This document shows positions 40,523 through 54,716 of a stretch of DNA of 64,000 bases, piece after piece. The stretch lies in contig OZ176053.1 of the NCBI GenBank assembly GCA_964247055.1, forward strand, positions 8,184,001 through 8,248,000, in the 5' to 3' direction. Source of the stretch: Paragordius varius (Eukaryota; Animalia; Nematomorpha). The position numbers and the translations under genes are program-made. Position 1 is the stretch's first letter. Each line of letters opens with the position of its first letter. The notes beneath the pieces were generated by a model, which saw only the letters and a program-made list of their open reading frames with translations, was not told where the DNA came from and did not search any database.

Positions 40523-43500
40523 TTGATGACATCCAACTTAAAAGGTAGTAAATGCAATAGTACTCAAATTACAAAAACCATTTTGTCCAATGATGTTGAT
40601 GCAAATAGGGATAAATATATTACTAAAGAAGATATCTCGATAATAAATGGTCATAAAAAACGAAATTCCAGTTTCCTAATCGATAGTTATTCCAAACTAT
40701 ACCGAAGTTTTAAAAGAAAACGGCCAAACTGCAACACTCTTCCTGTTTCAAATTGTGTCGATACAAGCAGTTTAACTCAGCAACCATTCCAGGACTTATC
40801 AAATGTGCATAATACCAATATTCTCGATCACAAAAATCCTAGAAAGGTAGCATATTTTACCTTAGGACGACATGCTAACAAAAAGAGTTTATATTACAAA
40901 CGTCAAAATTCTTACCAATTAAAACCGCATTATTCGTTTATTTCAATAAAGAATAATTATAAATACCCCATTAAAAATGTGTTACCTCAAACCAAAGATA
41001 TAACGATACGTTTGAAAGAAATGTTAGATACTATACCAATCGATTATAAATCCACTTCCTTGCGATTCCCACCTCAATTGGATAACGATAAGGTTTAAAT
41101 CTAATAAGATATCTTATCTATTTTTTCCTTTGAAATTGCATTGTATAATTGATAGTTAATTTTTCAATAAAAAATAGCTAATAATCTTTCCGTTTTGCAA
41201 CCCATTTAAATATCGATGAAATCTTTGTAATTAGCAAAATTTTTGTTCTCAAAAAACGCTAAACAATTTATTAAAAATATACCAATTAACATATGTGACA
41301 TTATTAAAAAATTATAATTTTTAATTTCCAACAAATCAGCTATATATTCAAAATTGTGTTTTAAAAAGGTAAATATGCGATAATTGTATGATTCATTTAA
41401 GTTAATCAAATAATTTTCCATTTCCTGGGATAATTTAAAATATTATCCAAACACATAATATATTCGTAAATATGACAATTGTTTGCTTTTTAAAATATAT
41501 ATTATAATGACTGACAATTTTTTATGTTTAAAATTACTATTTTTTAAATTTAACCTAATCCATAAATTATTTTTGTAAAAATTTTGTTAAAATATTTAGA
41601 GTATAATTTTGATATTTTTGATATCTATATTTTATATATCGAATTATGTTGTATAGAGTATTTTACGGAAGAAAAATTATTATTATTAACAATATATTAT
41701 TATTTACTCAAACTCTATTTATATAGATATATTAATATGTATATGTATCTCATATTGGAAATTATCTCACATTGTCATGTAAAATAATGACAAAAGGAAC
41801 ACAAATATTAAAGTCAGGATTATTTTTATATTTATAATAATTATTATTTCAATTTAAATATTTGATAGAATAATGATAGAATGAAATGTAGGAATAAAAA
41901 ACTTTTTTATTGCTTGCTATTCTTATATTATTTTATTTACATAAGAATTTATTATCCTACTACAACTATAGTTCTAAAAAAGTTTGAGCTTTTCAAAAAT
42001 AATTTAATATGAATATTAAAAATTTATGGCTTCCATAATCCACAATTAATATTTCTAAATTTTAAAATTTCATCAAAATTACAATAATTTCATATGATTT
42101 CCGCTCTTAACAATGCCTTAATTTATTTTAGATTTTCCATTTTCTTTATAAACGGAAATAATAAAAAGTACCAGTAACTGTTATTATAAATATTTTTTTT
42201 ACCAAAAATATGAAGTTCTTAACACCCGTAGAACCGCATAAACAAAATTTTAAAAAACGTTACAACACATTTCCCAGATTGTTTTACCCCCAATTAAACC
42301 ACACAATTTTACAAAATTTTTACTCTATAATAATTGAAGAAAGTTATCCTCCAAAAATATTTTTTTCGACGAAACCATCTAATACATACACACCTTGCAA
42401 AAATATTCTAATCATTACTTAAAAACCTATTAAATCCATACTACGACCCAGACAAATATATTAATATGTCTGGTCTTTTATGTAGCTAGCTAGCTGGCTC
42501 TGTTCCCTACCATTTAATAGCAATCTAATTAAGAATGTGTGTAACAAACCTTTAATTATTGTTTTTGTCCCTATAATAATCGGTATTTTATCGATTTTTT
42601 TGTTAATGTATACATACATCTTTTTAAAACAGAAACATATTCCATAATATAATATATTGCTAGAATACGCTCCAGAATCACAATATGAACAAAAAAATGA
42701 ATGAGTCACCCAATCACGTTTTGGATGAAATAATTCGAGAACTCAGATATTGGGATTGTCTCAACAAACTTTTACCCTTAAGCACAACCAACAAAGTTCA
42801 ATATTTGGAAATTTGTAAAGCTATATTCGTCTCCTACCAACGATTACAAACATACCGACATAAATTTTCTGCAAATATTATTGATGTAGGTACACCTTTA
42901 ACCCACCAAGATAACTCGTTAGTGACAAAACCTACCAGTAGTACGGACATATTGGTTAAGAATGAAATTTATGACCATAGTCAAAAAAATAGTTTAGAAG
43001 ATAAGATGAAAGGAAAACCAAATTCTGCCAACACATCGGGGTCGTCATATCATGAAGATTCTGGCCTTGATAACACATACTATTACTGTAAAAGTTTGGG
43101 TGGAGGTTCAGACTCTATAACTACGGGTACAAACACCTCTTCCCTAACTACAAACACAGAAGAAAATTGTTCCTCCTCTTCGGCTTATGAAGAGTTTACG
43201 GTTCCATTTTTGATTTCCAGCAATGATCCAGTAATTACAAATGATTCAAAACATTCTACCACTAAGGCTAATATAGAAACAATCTTAAACACTATCAACT
43301 ACAAACCTACTAATACGTCCCCTAATATTACAACAGCTCCCTACAACATATCATCCCAAAACACAAACATTATCAAAACTAATGATACAGTTGAACGGAG
43401 ATGCTTGGGCCGAAAAAATAAAAAATGCAAAAATAATTATCGATATTCTGTCATGAACCCGGGGGATAAAAATGAGTTTATACCATCATCCTTCCCAAGG

Positions 43501-43831
43501 TTTAACCAATACTTTATATTATACTAACTTTAAACTTAAAACTTAAAGGTATAATAGAATATTAGAAGCTGCATATAGAATTCGTATTTTAAAAATTATA
43601 ATTAAATTTATTTACTACTTTATATGATCATTTTTTTGTAATAAATCCGTCTAAGGTCAAATGCGCAATAAACCTCATTTATCAATAAAAGAATTTGTAT
43701 CGAAATAAGTAGATTAAGGTAAAAATAGTCAAAAAGGTAATATTAGGTTAGCATTTATTTTTATACAATATTTTGATCATAAAAATCGATGAAATATCAA
43801 AATACTTAACCTATTTTATAAATATGCAATA

Positions 43832-43869
<38 letters not shown>

Positions 43870-46800
43870 ACAAGTTCATAAATATTATTCACCATAAGGA
43901 CAAATACATTAAGCACAAACGTGGTTGAGTTTTATGATCTATATTTTGAGTTGCCTCTCCTTTAACAAAAGGCAGGCACGTATAATTATATTAAACGGGT
44001 TTCCCCTTTGCGCATTACACTCAGTAAATTTGGTCCGAAAAATCCTTAATTTAAATTGTTGTAAATATATGTCGCTAGTAACTTAACAGATTAAACAATT
44101 ATTATTTTCTCAATTCCCATTTTATTGGAAGACAGTCCCCCACGGAAACCAAAATAATTCGGGCATATGTTTAAAATTTTATATTTATAATTGTTTGATT
44201 TTCCTAGGTTGAAGTTTGGGTTTAGCTAACCAGAGTTTCTCTTTCCATGTTTGATGAAAACTTTTCTCCCTTTCAATTAATTTTTTTATTTCTGTAATGG
44301 TGGATATGTATCAAAAAATATTCTGATTCATTTGACTTTTAGCCATATTTTGTAGGAATATTGTTGTTATAGAATCTACATCCTGTCGGGATCCAGATTG
44401 TGTTAAACTGCTTTTTCCCTCCATTTTATTTATTTTTTGGACATTAATTCGTCTTAAAAATACCCAACTAATATACGCTAAAACCCACTTTAAAGCGATA
44501 AAATATCATTTTTTTAAGCGTTTTATATAGGGGTTACACAAATATTTGGTATATTTCTTGCAGAGTATAGCCCTATAACAAACCTTTCTATCAAATTTAT
44601 TAATGACAATAATAATACCATAATTGTTTAATATAAAAATAAATTTTAAATGTGTGGTGGTCTTTAATTAAAATATATATAGTAGTAATTATAGACCTTT
44701 GACGGTATATGAGCACAAACAAGATGATTTGCAAATCATTCCTAAAGTGAGAAAACTGAAATTAAATGAAATCCGAATCCCACTTATGTGGTCAGAACGT
44801 CTACATTTTAAATCTTATAATGTACCACCGAAATCCTCTAACTCAGGTACTTTTTTGTGCTTTAAAATTTAAAAATTTGATAGTTTTTTTTGCTTTTGTT
44901 GGATTTTTAAAAAGGGAAAGAGTTATAGCTAAAAATATTTTATACCTCTAAAATCCTCTAATTCAAGGATTTATGGGCTTTAAAATGTTTATTTTTTGTT
45001 TTTATTAAGAATTTTAATAAGTATATTTTTGTCTTTAAATATTTTCTGTTCTTTTAATAGCGTGCGAAAGTTGGTCAGCATTTTTAGTGATAGAAACGAT
45101 AAACCATGTATTAGAATCGCCTCTTATAACGGACATAGACGCCAAACATACAGATTTAGCCTTTGATACAGACGAATTTTTACTGTATAAATTACATTTT
45201 CATAGTTTTTTGAAAAAATATTTTTTGTATATTGTTAAATATAACCGCCGATGTGTATATCCGTTTTTCAAAATATGAAGAATAATTTTTAAAATAAACT
45301 AATATTTTAGATTTATAAAAGCTAAAGTTACAGTATAATTGGAATATATTATATAAGCAATTATTATATTTGGAATTGAATAACTACCTATATAAATCTT
45401 ATAACAATTAAGTTTTAATTTAAAAACATTAAACACTTCTCCCTTGAAACATTTCAAAGACTATATGTACAATTTATTGCCAACATTTTTTTCTGGTTAA
45501 ACATTAAAAATTTAATTATAAATTACATATTTTAATTATATTAACCACCATTAACTTAAATATAACTAACAGAATTTAAATGTGTCTTACGAATTACAGT
45601 TAAGCCTTTTAAAAAATCAATGGTATACAGTTAGTTGTTGTATACTAAAATGATGAAAATTGCTTACGATATTATTTAAATTATTCCTTCTTAATTTTTA
45701 GCCATTTAAATGTTTTACATATTTTAGAAATGCCCAAGAATCAGATAGCTTTTGGGTTAACATAAAGTTATATGGGTATCATTGGTCAAAGAAAGATAAA
45801 ATAAACCCCCTAATACGTCGCGTCTCTATGGTAAATTATTTATATTTTATCTATTATATTGTTAAAATGAATTTTATTATTTCAAACTACAACCATCAAA
45901 AAATAAATAATTTTATAAAGTTATTTGAAAACTCTTAATATACAAAATTCATATTTTACCCTATATTATAAAAATTTTATATTTTTGTCATATAGCCAAA
46001 CAATACATCTAACTTTAACAATAATCCCATTAATTCTCAATCTATGTACACATTTGATCCTGAACCAATCATATCTCACTTTTTAGAAAGTTACGAAGGC
46101 AGCAATGGTGTAAATAAAGAAAATGTAAATTATGATAAAGGACCTTTACCAAAAAACAAGCGTAAAGGAAGTGTTGGTACAGGCTTGTCTGATAACAAAA
46201 ATAACCAAAGAATCGGGTTTTTTGACTCGTTAACCAGATCCTTTTGGGGACGAAAATCCAATTTTTTAAAAACCAAATTACTAACAAATTCCAAAGATGC
46301 ATGTAATCTTGCAATCCCTAAAGATGAGTGGGCCAAAAAGGCGCAAAACATTCCCAATTCGAAAAGTGCAGACTTTGAAAGCGTTCAATCTGCTGCTAGA
46401 ACAGAAGATACGAATATCCTGGGAAAGGTAAACAATTATATACCATATATTGTTTTATTTGTTTTACTAAATCCATATATACACGACTAAATAGTAATAA
46501 GGGGTTATTTAACACTCGAATACCTGTTGTAATATATTTTACAAAGCTGATTTCGAGTACATCGGACACTCCCACAGTATTCCAGGAGGCAATACATGTT
46601 TCGATATCCGCATCATGACCTTTTAATATTTCCATTAAATTTCAACTAGGAAAAACTAGATAAACCATGGATTCGAATATTGTTATAGGGAGAGAGCTCT
46701 TGTATAATTATAGTATTTCTATAATAGCTTAAATTAATCCCTAAATTTGAGCACACTTAATCAAATATTTTTTGGAAAAAGTTACCTATGTGCCTTAAAA

Positions 46801-47560
46801 GCTAAAGAAAGTATATTTTTAAATTCGGCTTGATAACTTAAATTCTTTTAAAGATATTTCAATATCAAATCGCTGTGAGATATAAAACTATCCCAAAATA
46901 TCATGAAGCGTTAAAAAATTAATTTGCAAATATCAAATTCAATATGTTGAAATATCTGTTCCTTAATTTTAAAGTTTTTAATTAAGGAAATGTTGGATAT
47001 CTTTATCAAATGGTTGATGATAATTTAACATTTATATCATTTTAATAAGGAATCTTCCATAAAATATAATTAAACATATATTTTACTAAAGATAATAATT
47101 ATTAATCAATCTTTATGACCTAATAGTATCTAATTACAATACTATTTGGATGGTTAATTAGATAATTATTTATGCCACTTTGTAAAAATAAAACAGAAAA
47201 TATATATTTACCTGTATTCTTTTATATTATTGTTTTAGCTTAACCAAATATTGGATCATCCCTATGATAGTTACAGGTCTATATTTTAATTTTTTTTATA
47301 AAAAACTCAGTCAAAAATTTTAATTATTATCAATAAAGTTAAAAAGATAATAATGTATATAATTTTTTTCAAAAATACACCTTTATATATTGTATCTATT
47401 TTATATTTTTAGTTCGATTAAATTTGAGTTGTTAGCTATCTCACGGCTAACCTTTCGAGATGTACATGACTCCATACAAGTGGGTGATTTGAAATTATTG
47501 CGCGAGGAAGACACCAAACTAAATTTGCTTAGTCATTTCAGTTTTAAATTGTCTTATGTG
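40523..47560 (+). CDS. Unidentified large multi-exon protein (model partial and uncertain)
   Basis: Coding-like blocks with splice signals: 40523-41093, 42664-43499, ~43549-43585, ~44090-44168, ~44696-44846, ~45061-45182, ~45728-45829, ~45996-46426, ~46548-46600, ~47239-47276, ~47412-47557. Several junctions are phase-consistent, but the 43600-44700 region is unresolved. No family recognised; only a weak resemblance to Ras-association folds. Confidence 0.55.
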
Positions 47561-48919
47561 TAAAATTTTGCCGTTATTCAATTTAAAATAGATAATAAAT
47601 ATTATTTTATGGGCATTCGAATTGGTATGGATATAATATAGATACTTTAATGATTGTGCTAACCCACATACAGCAATTCCCCTGCTAATTGTTTTTGTAA
47701 AATACACGGCGCAATATCCGAAAATGACCCTATCAAGATTAAGTTTTTGATATTCAGTATTTTTGCTAACATACATTATTATTTTACGGAATTTTAATAA
47801 AAATTTTAAAATGATAACTTTTTAATTTTTAAATATTATTGTTTCTTTATGGACTCAGTTGAATTCATAAACTAGTAAGCTTGTGAGGAGAGATTTAATA
47901 ACTAGTCATTTCTACTCATAGATTAGGACCTTTGTTTTAAATTGGAGCTATTTAAATTAAAAACGCCGGGGTTATGGAACATTCTAAGGGATTATAAAAC
48001 TTTTTCTACATATTTTGATGTTGCCATGTTTTATCACCTCAAAATTATTTAGATGCCATAAATTCCCTCGATCTCGTTTCTCGTCTATTATAGCGAAACT
48101 AGCTTATTTTATTAGTAATTGAAAATTGGATACTGTCTGAGACCACGTCCAAAATTTTCAAATTTTTTTCTGTAAACTATAGTTTTAACCGAAAAAAATT
48201 GATTTGATATAATGTGCTCTAATTTTGTGACTTTTCCATCTAAAGTAATTGCTTTTTGAAAGTATTAATTACTCTAAAGTATGGTGCCCAACACAAATAG
48301 ATACGCGGGCCGCAACACAAAAATGGCAGCATCAAAATAATATTAACTAATTTTGTAAGACCTACCAATCAATGGTAACGTGATATTTTTAATATTTGAC
48401 TAACGACCTAAAACTAATTAGCCCCTTATCAAACAATTAATGGTTAAATTTAACTATAATAAACCTGATTTTAACACATGAATATTCCAGAAATAATATT
48501 ATGTACGGAATAATGATAATAATTTAGATTTTAAACAATCAAGAATCCGTAAATGGTTATCCCAATTACAGCTCAGTAATTGTTCAAGGTGAATTTGAAT
48601 TAAGGATAAAATTAAAGTATAAATGGTATATTTTTATAAATTCTATAATTTAAATTAATATATTTTTCGCGGCCGGAGAACTGATTACCTGTCATGAAAG
48701 ACTCCTCAGCCAAGCTAAAAGTTTATAGGAATCCTGATATGTTTTACCGTATAAGCCCCCGAGAAACAAGCCTTATTAAAAAATCCGTAATTTCAAAACA
48801 TTAATTATAATATGAACAATAATAATCCTTATAAAGATAATAAATAAACTGCAAACAATAATTCTTTTAAAAATAATTTTACAAAAAAAGTTTAACCAAA
48901 ACTAATTTTCATTTTAAAA

Positions 48920-51580
48920 TAATGTGATCGTTTTAACTCACCAAATCGATGTCCGGCTGCGAAATTCCCTTGTACGTATTGTAATCGTTTGGGAAATTTT
49001 AGAGCAATAGGTTAAATTAAAACAATGAATCATTATAGTAATAATAAACGAGCCTTTATAACAGTAGTAATAAATGGCATCGAGTGTTGGAGTTTGATAG
49101 CGGTGCCCAGGAGTCTTTAAACAGGAGTCTATGCCGGAGATTAGGGCTATCTATAATTCCATCGAATCAGGAAATGTCAGACTCAAAAATATAATTGACG
49201 TACTAGGTCGACTAAAAACCTGGGTGGAATGCGAAGGAATGCGCTGCAAATATGTATCGGCAGTAGTAGTCGACCACGAAACGGTGTTATATGGATTTCC
49301 GTGGATCACAGAATTCAGTATGGAATTAGCTAAGGTGGTAACGATCAAAAGTATCAACCACGCGCCAAATTTGGAGGAAGTAATAGCTTAGTTTCCGTCG
49401 GTATTTCAGGAAGGGATGAAACCATGTAGCGTAACGATTAAAATATTTATTGACGAAAGAGTTACACCGAAGGCTTGGCCCGTCCGGAGAGTTCCTTTAC
49501 CTTTGAAAGCCGCCGTCGAGGATGTATTTCAACGTTTGGTGACTAACGGCATCATCAAAAAAGTAGATCCTACTGTAGAAAGGATCCATGGGCAACACCC
49601 ATAGTATGAGCACAAAAATCCGGTGACGTCAGGATTTGTGAGGATTTTCGTGCAATTATAAACCCTATATTATTTAACAATAGTTACAAAATCCATTAGA
49701 GGATGAATTATTCGAAAATTTGGCATCTGGTTAAAAAATTACGTCATGGATCTGCGTGATGCGCTGCAGGTTCCGATCGATGTGTCGTCTAAAGAATTGT
49801 TAACAATAACAACACACCTGGGATATTACAGGTATCAAATCATTCGGTATTACTATCGCACCTGCTATTTTTCAAATGATGATGGAAAATGTGCTTGATG
49901 TTAAATCAAGCGTATTTGGAGGATGCGGTTATAACGAATGTTGACGGCCATCATTTGCAAAATATTATGTCATTAAGAAAATTGAATCAAGTGGGTCTGA
50001 AAGTAAAAACGGAAAAAATACAGTGATTGAGCGATAACATCAAATACCTTGGTTATAGCTTGGACAAAGACGGGATGCGACCGGCGAACGATAGAGTTGA
50101 TGCAATAGTGAAAATTACCACCTCAAAGAATAAAAAGAACTAAGAACGTTCTATATGAATTACTACAATAACACCCCGAATATACAAAATACTATCGGCA
50201 TATTAAACGAATAGTGCCAAGACGTCATGGTACTCGACATCCAGCAGTTTTCGAAAAAGTAAAAATGGAGTAGGCATCGGCAAAAACATTAATGATATTG
50301 ATCATCGGATGCCTACAAGGATCGAAACAGATGCATCCGATTTTGGGTCGTGTGCAGTATTATATCAAAAGCCAATACATATGCAGCTCGTGCATTTATC
50401 GAGAGCTGCTAACTATGCAACAGTAAGCAAAGAAGCGTTGACCATAGTTTTTGGAGTAAAGAAATTCCACAAATTGGTTTATAGAAAGAAATTTCAGATA
50501 ATCACATAGATAAACCGTTATTCCATCTGCTTGGTAATAGGATTGTGTCCCATTTTGATCGAAGTCTACTTCGATGGATATTGTTATTGAATGGTTACAA
50601 ATATGATATTATGTATAAGTCAGGATAAGAAAATCTTACAACTGACAATTCAAAATAAGCATTGAGACGAAAATGAGTCTGCGATGACTCAGAGTCGATC
50701 CATAATGTGATGTTAAAATTATTGATATGAAAGGAAACGATAACAAAAGAAACAGAACGTGACAGTGAGTTGCGAAAAGTCAAACAAGCTATCCTTCATG
50801 GTTGAGGGGGTGAACCTAAATGTTTTTCCATGCGGCGGGATGATTCTGTTGAATGGACGAATAGTCATTCCGAAGGAGGTGTTAAAGGAGTTGCATATTG
50901 GAGACCCCAGTATTCAAGCCATGAAATTGATTGGTCGCAACGTATGATGGATTGGATTTGGCGATGATGCTGAGCGTATAGGAAATGGGTGCCTAAACTG
51001 TGGCATATGTAAAACACAAGAAATGAAGTGGCCCGTATATCCTTAACCTTTAGCGCACCAACCATGAGACATGCATATAGGTTTTACTAATAGATGGGCG
51101 TTATTGGTTGGTTATCGAGGATGTGTGTACCAAATGGGCAGAAGTTTTCACATTGACAAATACCAAAGTGAAGATGATTACAGCGTTAAAGAGTTTGATG
51201 GCGTCGTATGGCATCCCAAGGGTGATTGTTTCCGATAACGAACCGCACAGCGAAAGAGTTAAGCAATAGACCGGTGAACGCAATATCGTACATTTGACCG
51301 GACCGGCATATCATCCATAATCAAATGTGAAAGCTGAGCGAACTATTAGGACACTGAAAAGCAATTATTGGGCAGCAAGAGACGCTGGAGTGGAGCAACG
51401 TAGAGCACTAAATGAGGTGTTGGGTGCATACCGATTAACAAGCCACAGAAGAAAGAACCACTGGCAAGACAATTTTTGGGTTGGCCACCGCGAAATATGT
51501 TCACCTTACAACCTTCGGTGGTGGCCAAATAAAGAAGGGACAGATGGTGAAACATACCGGCAAAGCTTCGAAACAATTTA
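48920..51580 (+). mobile_element. Degenerate Gypsy/Ty3 LTR retrotransposon (K02A2.6/Mag-like pol)
   Basis: Ordered remnants broken by stops and frameshifts: gag knuckle CDRF...RCP...CTYCNRLG, protease FDSGA, RT PVRRVPLPLK...NGIIKKVD...WATPIV, RNase H IETDASDFG...YATVSKEALTIVFGVKKFH, integrase ELHIGDPSIQAMKLIGR and AERTIRTLK. LTRs not found. Confidence 0.9.
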
Positions 51581-51958
51581 GTGTCGAATGGTCTGGGGAA
51601 ATGAGCTGAAACACGGTTGGCGAGGCGTACTACAGAGGCGCGATCCATCATATACGTATGCACCCACATGTCATGTTGGCAAAATTTCTTTGGTTTTTAA
51701 CTCTAAATAAATAATATCAAATATTTTCGAATGAATATTTTTTGTTTCATTAATGTTATGTAAGTGCAAACTTTTCCCATGGTTTCGATTTTACATTTAA
51801 ACTTGAAAACTTCATCTCAAACTTTTTCGCCGCCATTTTCCTTATTTTTTGACTAAATGTATATTATGGTTAAAAATATAAACAATTACTGAAATTTTAG
51901 ATTACAATTCATTAGAAAATATTTGATGAAATTTTAAAGCCATTCAAATTCGGAGGTA

Positions 51959-53174
51959 TCTATATATCTAAAAATGAAAAGTGGTGGCTTTGTGATCTGT
52001 TACCAGAAAACCGATAGATCCAAAGTCCAAATGACGAAAAGTATAATCATTAATGAATGCCTCGACAATAGCTTCGCGCTTTTTTTGAATTAGGCCCCAG
52101 TTCGGGCTCACCCGTGTAAAAAACGTTTTTTTTGGAAAACACAAGTCCACAAAAATCGCGTCTTTGACACAATTTTTCGGAAAACATATTGGACCATTCC
52201 ATTTCAAATATGATTTTTATTACTTATTTTTGATTACGCCGAACATAGTCGGCTCGCTTTTTTAATTAAAACACTCTTTTTACCCGCTCCCCCCGTAAAA
52301 TGCCATTATATTCAAAAAACAAAGTCCACAAAAATAATTTTTTGCAACTATTTTTAGCCCAAAGTATGAGACCGTAAAAATTTATTAAGGATTCCAGGTT
52401 TGCCTGTTAAAAGGCAAAATTATTAGTCAAGCGTCTCTTTGATGATAGCTGCTGGGTAAGGTAATACCCGGTAAAAACTGACTCGTCATATCAAAATAGC
52501 GTGCTTTTGGGGCTAAACTTCAAAAAACCTCTCAGGCCATATGAGCTCAATAACTACTTAAAATATTACCCGTAACAAGGCAAAAATTTAGATCGTTTAG
52601 TTTTTTAAAAATAGCCGTCAATTAGCCCTTTACGCCCTAAAAGATGCGCTATCATTGAACTATGAAGCCTATCTTCCATAAACGATAAAGCATATGGAGT
52701 GAATGATGATTCCAGGTATTCCCATATAAAGGCAAAAAATATTACAAAACGTCTTTTTTATATCGGCCTCTGGGTAGGGAGCGACCAGCCTAAAACTACG
52801 CCACCATATCAAAATTGCGTTGTTAAGGAGTTAATTCTCAGAAAACATCACGTCATATAAGTTTTATAAGTGCCTAAAATATTACCCGTAAAAGGGTAAA
52901 AATATAAGTCGAGCGGTTTTTTTAAATTAGCGGTTAAATAGGCTCTTTAAGCCCTAAATGCGCTATCATTGAACTATTATTTAGTTTTGAAGCCACAGTA
53001 AACAATATATTAGTATGAATGCACCGTTTCAAAAATCCTATGAGATCATAGCTATTAAATAAGGTTTCGAAATAATCCACATATTTAGATCATTTTATTG
53101 TCCCTTTTTTAAATGGCCCCCCAGAAGTCCGAAGGACTTCCTCGAGCTCCGTAGCAGCACGAGATTTACGCTAG
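51959..53174 (+). mobile_element. Complete non-autonomous Helitron, 1216 bp, same family as the 13844-19231 array
   Basis: A|TCTATATATCTAAAAATG at 51959 and hairpins followed by CTAG|T at 53171-53175. The first ~500 bp match the array monomer; a diverged ~270-300-bp internal duplication follows. Confidence 0.85.
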
Positions 53175-53966
53175 TTACATTTAAATATTAAAAGTTTATC
53201 TTATACAAAAGAAAAGGAAGTTTGCTATTACAAGCTCCGGGGTCAAATACTAGCCCACAGTGTCATCGCGGACAAAAAAATGAATATTGAAAGAAAGATT
53301 AAAAAAATTGCGATTACTTAATTTTGATGCCTAAAAATCAAAAAAGTTTTTATTCAAAAATCTAAATTTTAATTAACTTGAAGATAAAAAAATGATAATA
53401 GATTGAGCTAAAGAAATTATATCTTTTTTCCATGATTGAATATTATATACGCATAAAAATTGTAAAATCCCAAAAGTAATAAGCTTAAAAGGGGGAAGCT
53501 TTAGTAGTGAAATTTTTAAATTTTTTATATTTGGTTTTTGTTAAATAATAAATTTTTTTTATAAGACAGCCTTCTTTAGCAGCTTTTGCAATATATCAAT
53601 TTAAAAATCGTTTGAGGGAGCTCTTTCCTTTATTTGATGAAATATTAACACTCATACATCATTTTTTGTACGCGATGATTTTGGACAAAAAAGGTTGTTT
53701 CGGTTAATAATTAAAATTTGTTATAATTTTTAAAGTTTTGAGATTGAAGAGCTTCAAACTCCGATATATAAGAAATTCGATTGAAACAGACTAATATTAA
53801 AATCAATAAATAAATATTTGCGGAGAAACATTATTTGAAATATCAAAGTTATTTATTGTATTTTTTAACCATTAAATATATTTATTTGTTGAATTGAATC
53901 CAAATAAAAAAGGAAAAATTGCGAAGAAAAAGTTTGAGATATATTTTTTTACACTTTACGTTTTAA

Positions 53967-54541
53967 CACTTGGATTCAAATTAGGGTATCTAAATACCCC
54001 AGACTAAATTTAAATTAAAATTTTTAAAAAACTACGGAAGGAAACGGCCCCAATTTAAATTTATGCTTCTATTCTGATAAATATTATATAAATATGCCAA
54101 AATATCTAATTTTGTTTTGAAAAAAAAATTTTATCTCAAACTATTTCAACGCCATTTTTATTTTACAAAAATTTTGCAAAATATCGTCTTCATTTAATTT
54201 TAAGGGTAAAATTAAAGCTTTTATTTATATAAATTACATCTAACATTGATAGTAATAGAAAGAGCCGTTTATTTTGTTTTATTTTTTAATTTTACAATTT
54301 GACACATGTCATGTTGACTAAATTTTTACCTTTCAGTTTTAGCTCAAAATAAGTAATATCAAGTATATTTGAATAAAGTTTTTTATATATTTCGGTTTAT
54401 AAATGTTATATAAGTGCAAAATTTTGCCATGGTTTCGATTGCCTCCATACTTTTTAAAGTATTTGATTTTAAACAGGCCTGGGGTATCCAATTACCCCAA
54501 TTTAAATCGAAGGACTAAAATGAGTGTGTTGTATCCAAGTG
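53967..54541 (+). mobile_element. piggyBac-like MITE with TTAA target duplication
   Basis: TTAA|CACTTGGAT ... ATCCAAGTG|TTAA; subterminal GGGGTAT/ATACCCC inverted repeats; at least four copies in the window. Confidence 0.8.
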
Positions 54542-54716
54542 TTAAATAAAATTTTTATTTATCATACGACTAAAAGAAGGAAACATATTTTAAAAGTTGT
54601 CCCAATATATTTTATTTTAAATAGCCTTGAGGTATAAAACCACGGCAAAAGGACATTAAGAATTAATTGTAATTATCTAGCACTACATCTAGAAATTAAT
54701 TTTAGCATATGACACA

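Noticed and set aside
44180-44452. Minus-strand reading frame interrupted by one TGA (RINVQKINKMEG...NIF*YISTITEIKKL...)
   Set aside because: No recognisable family and antisense to the plus-strand gene; cannot be distinguished from chance or a decayed TE.
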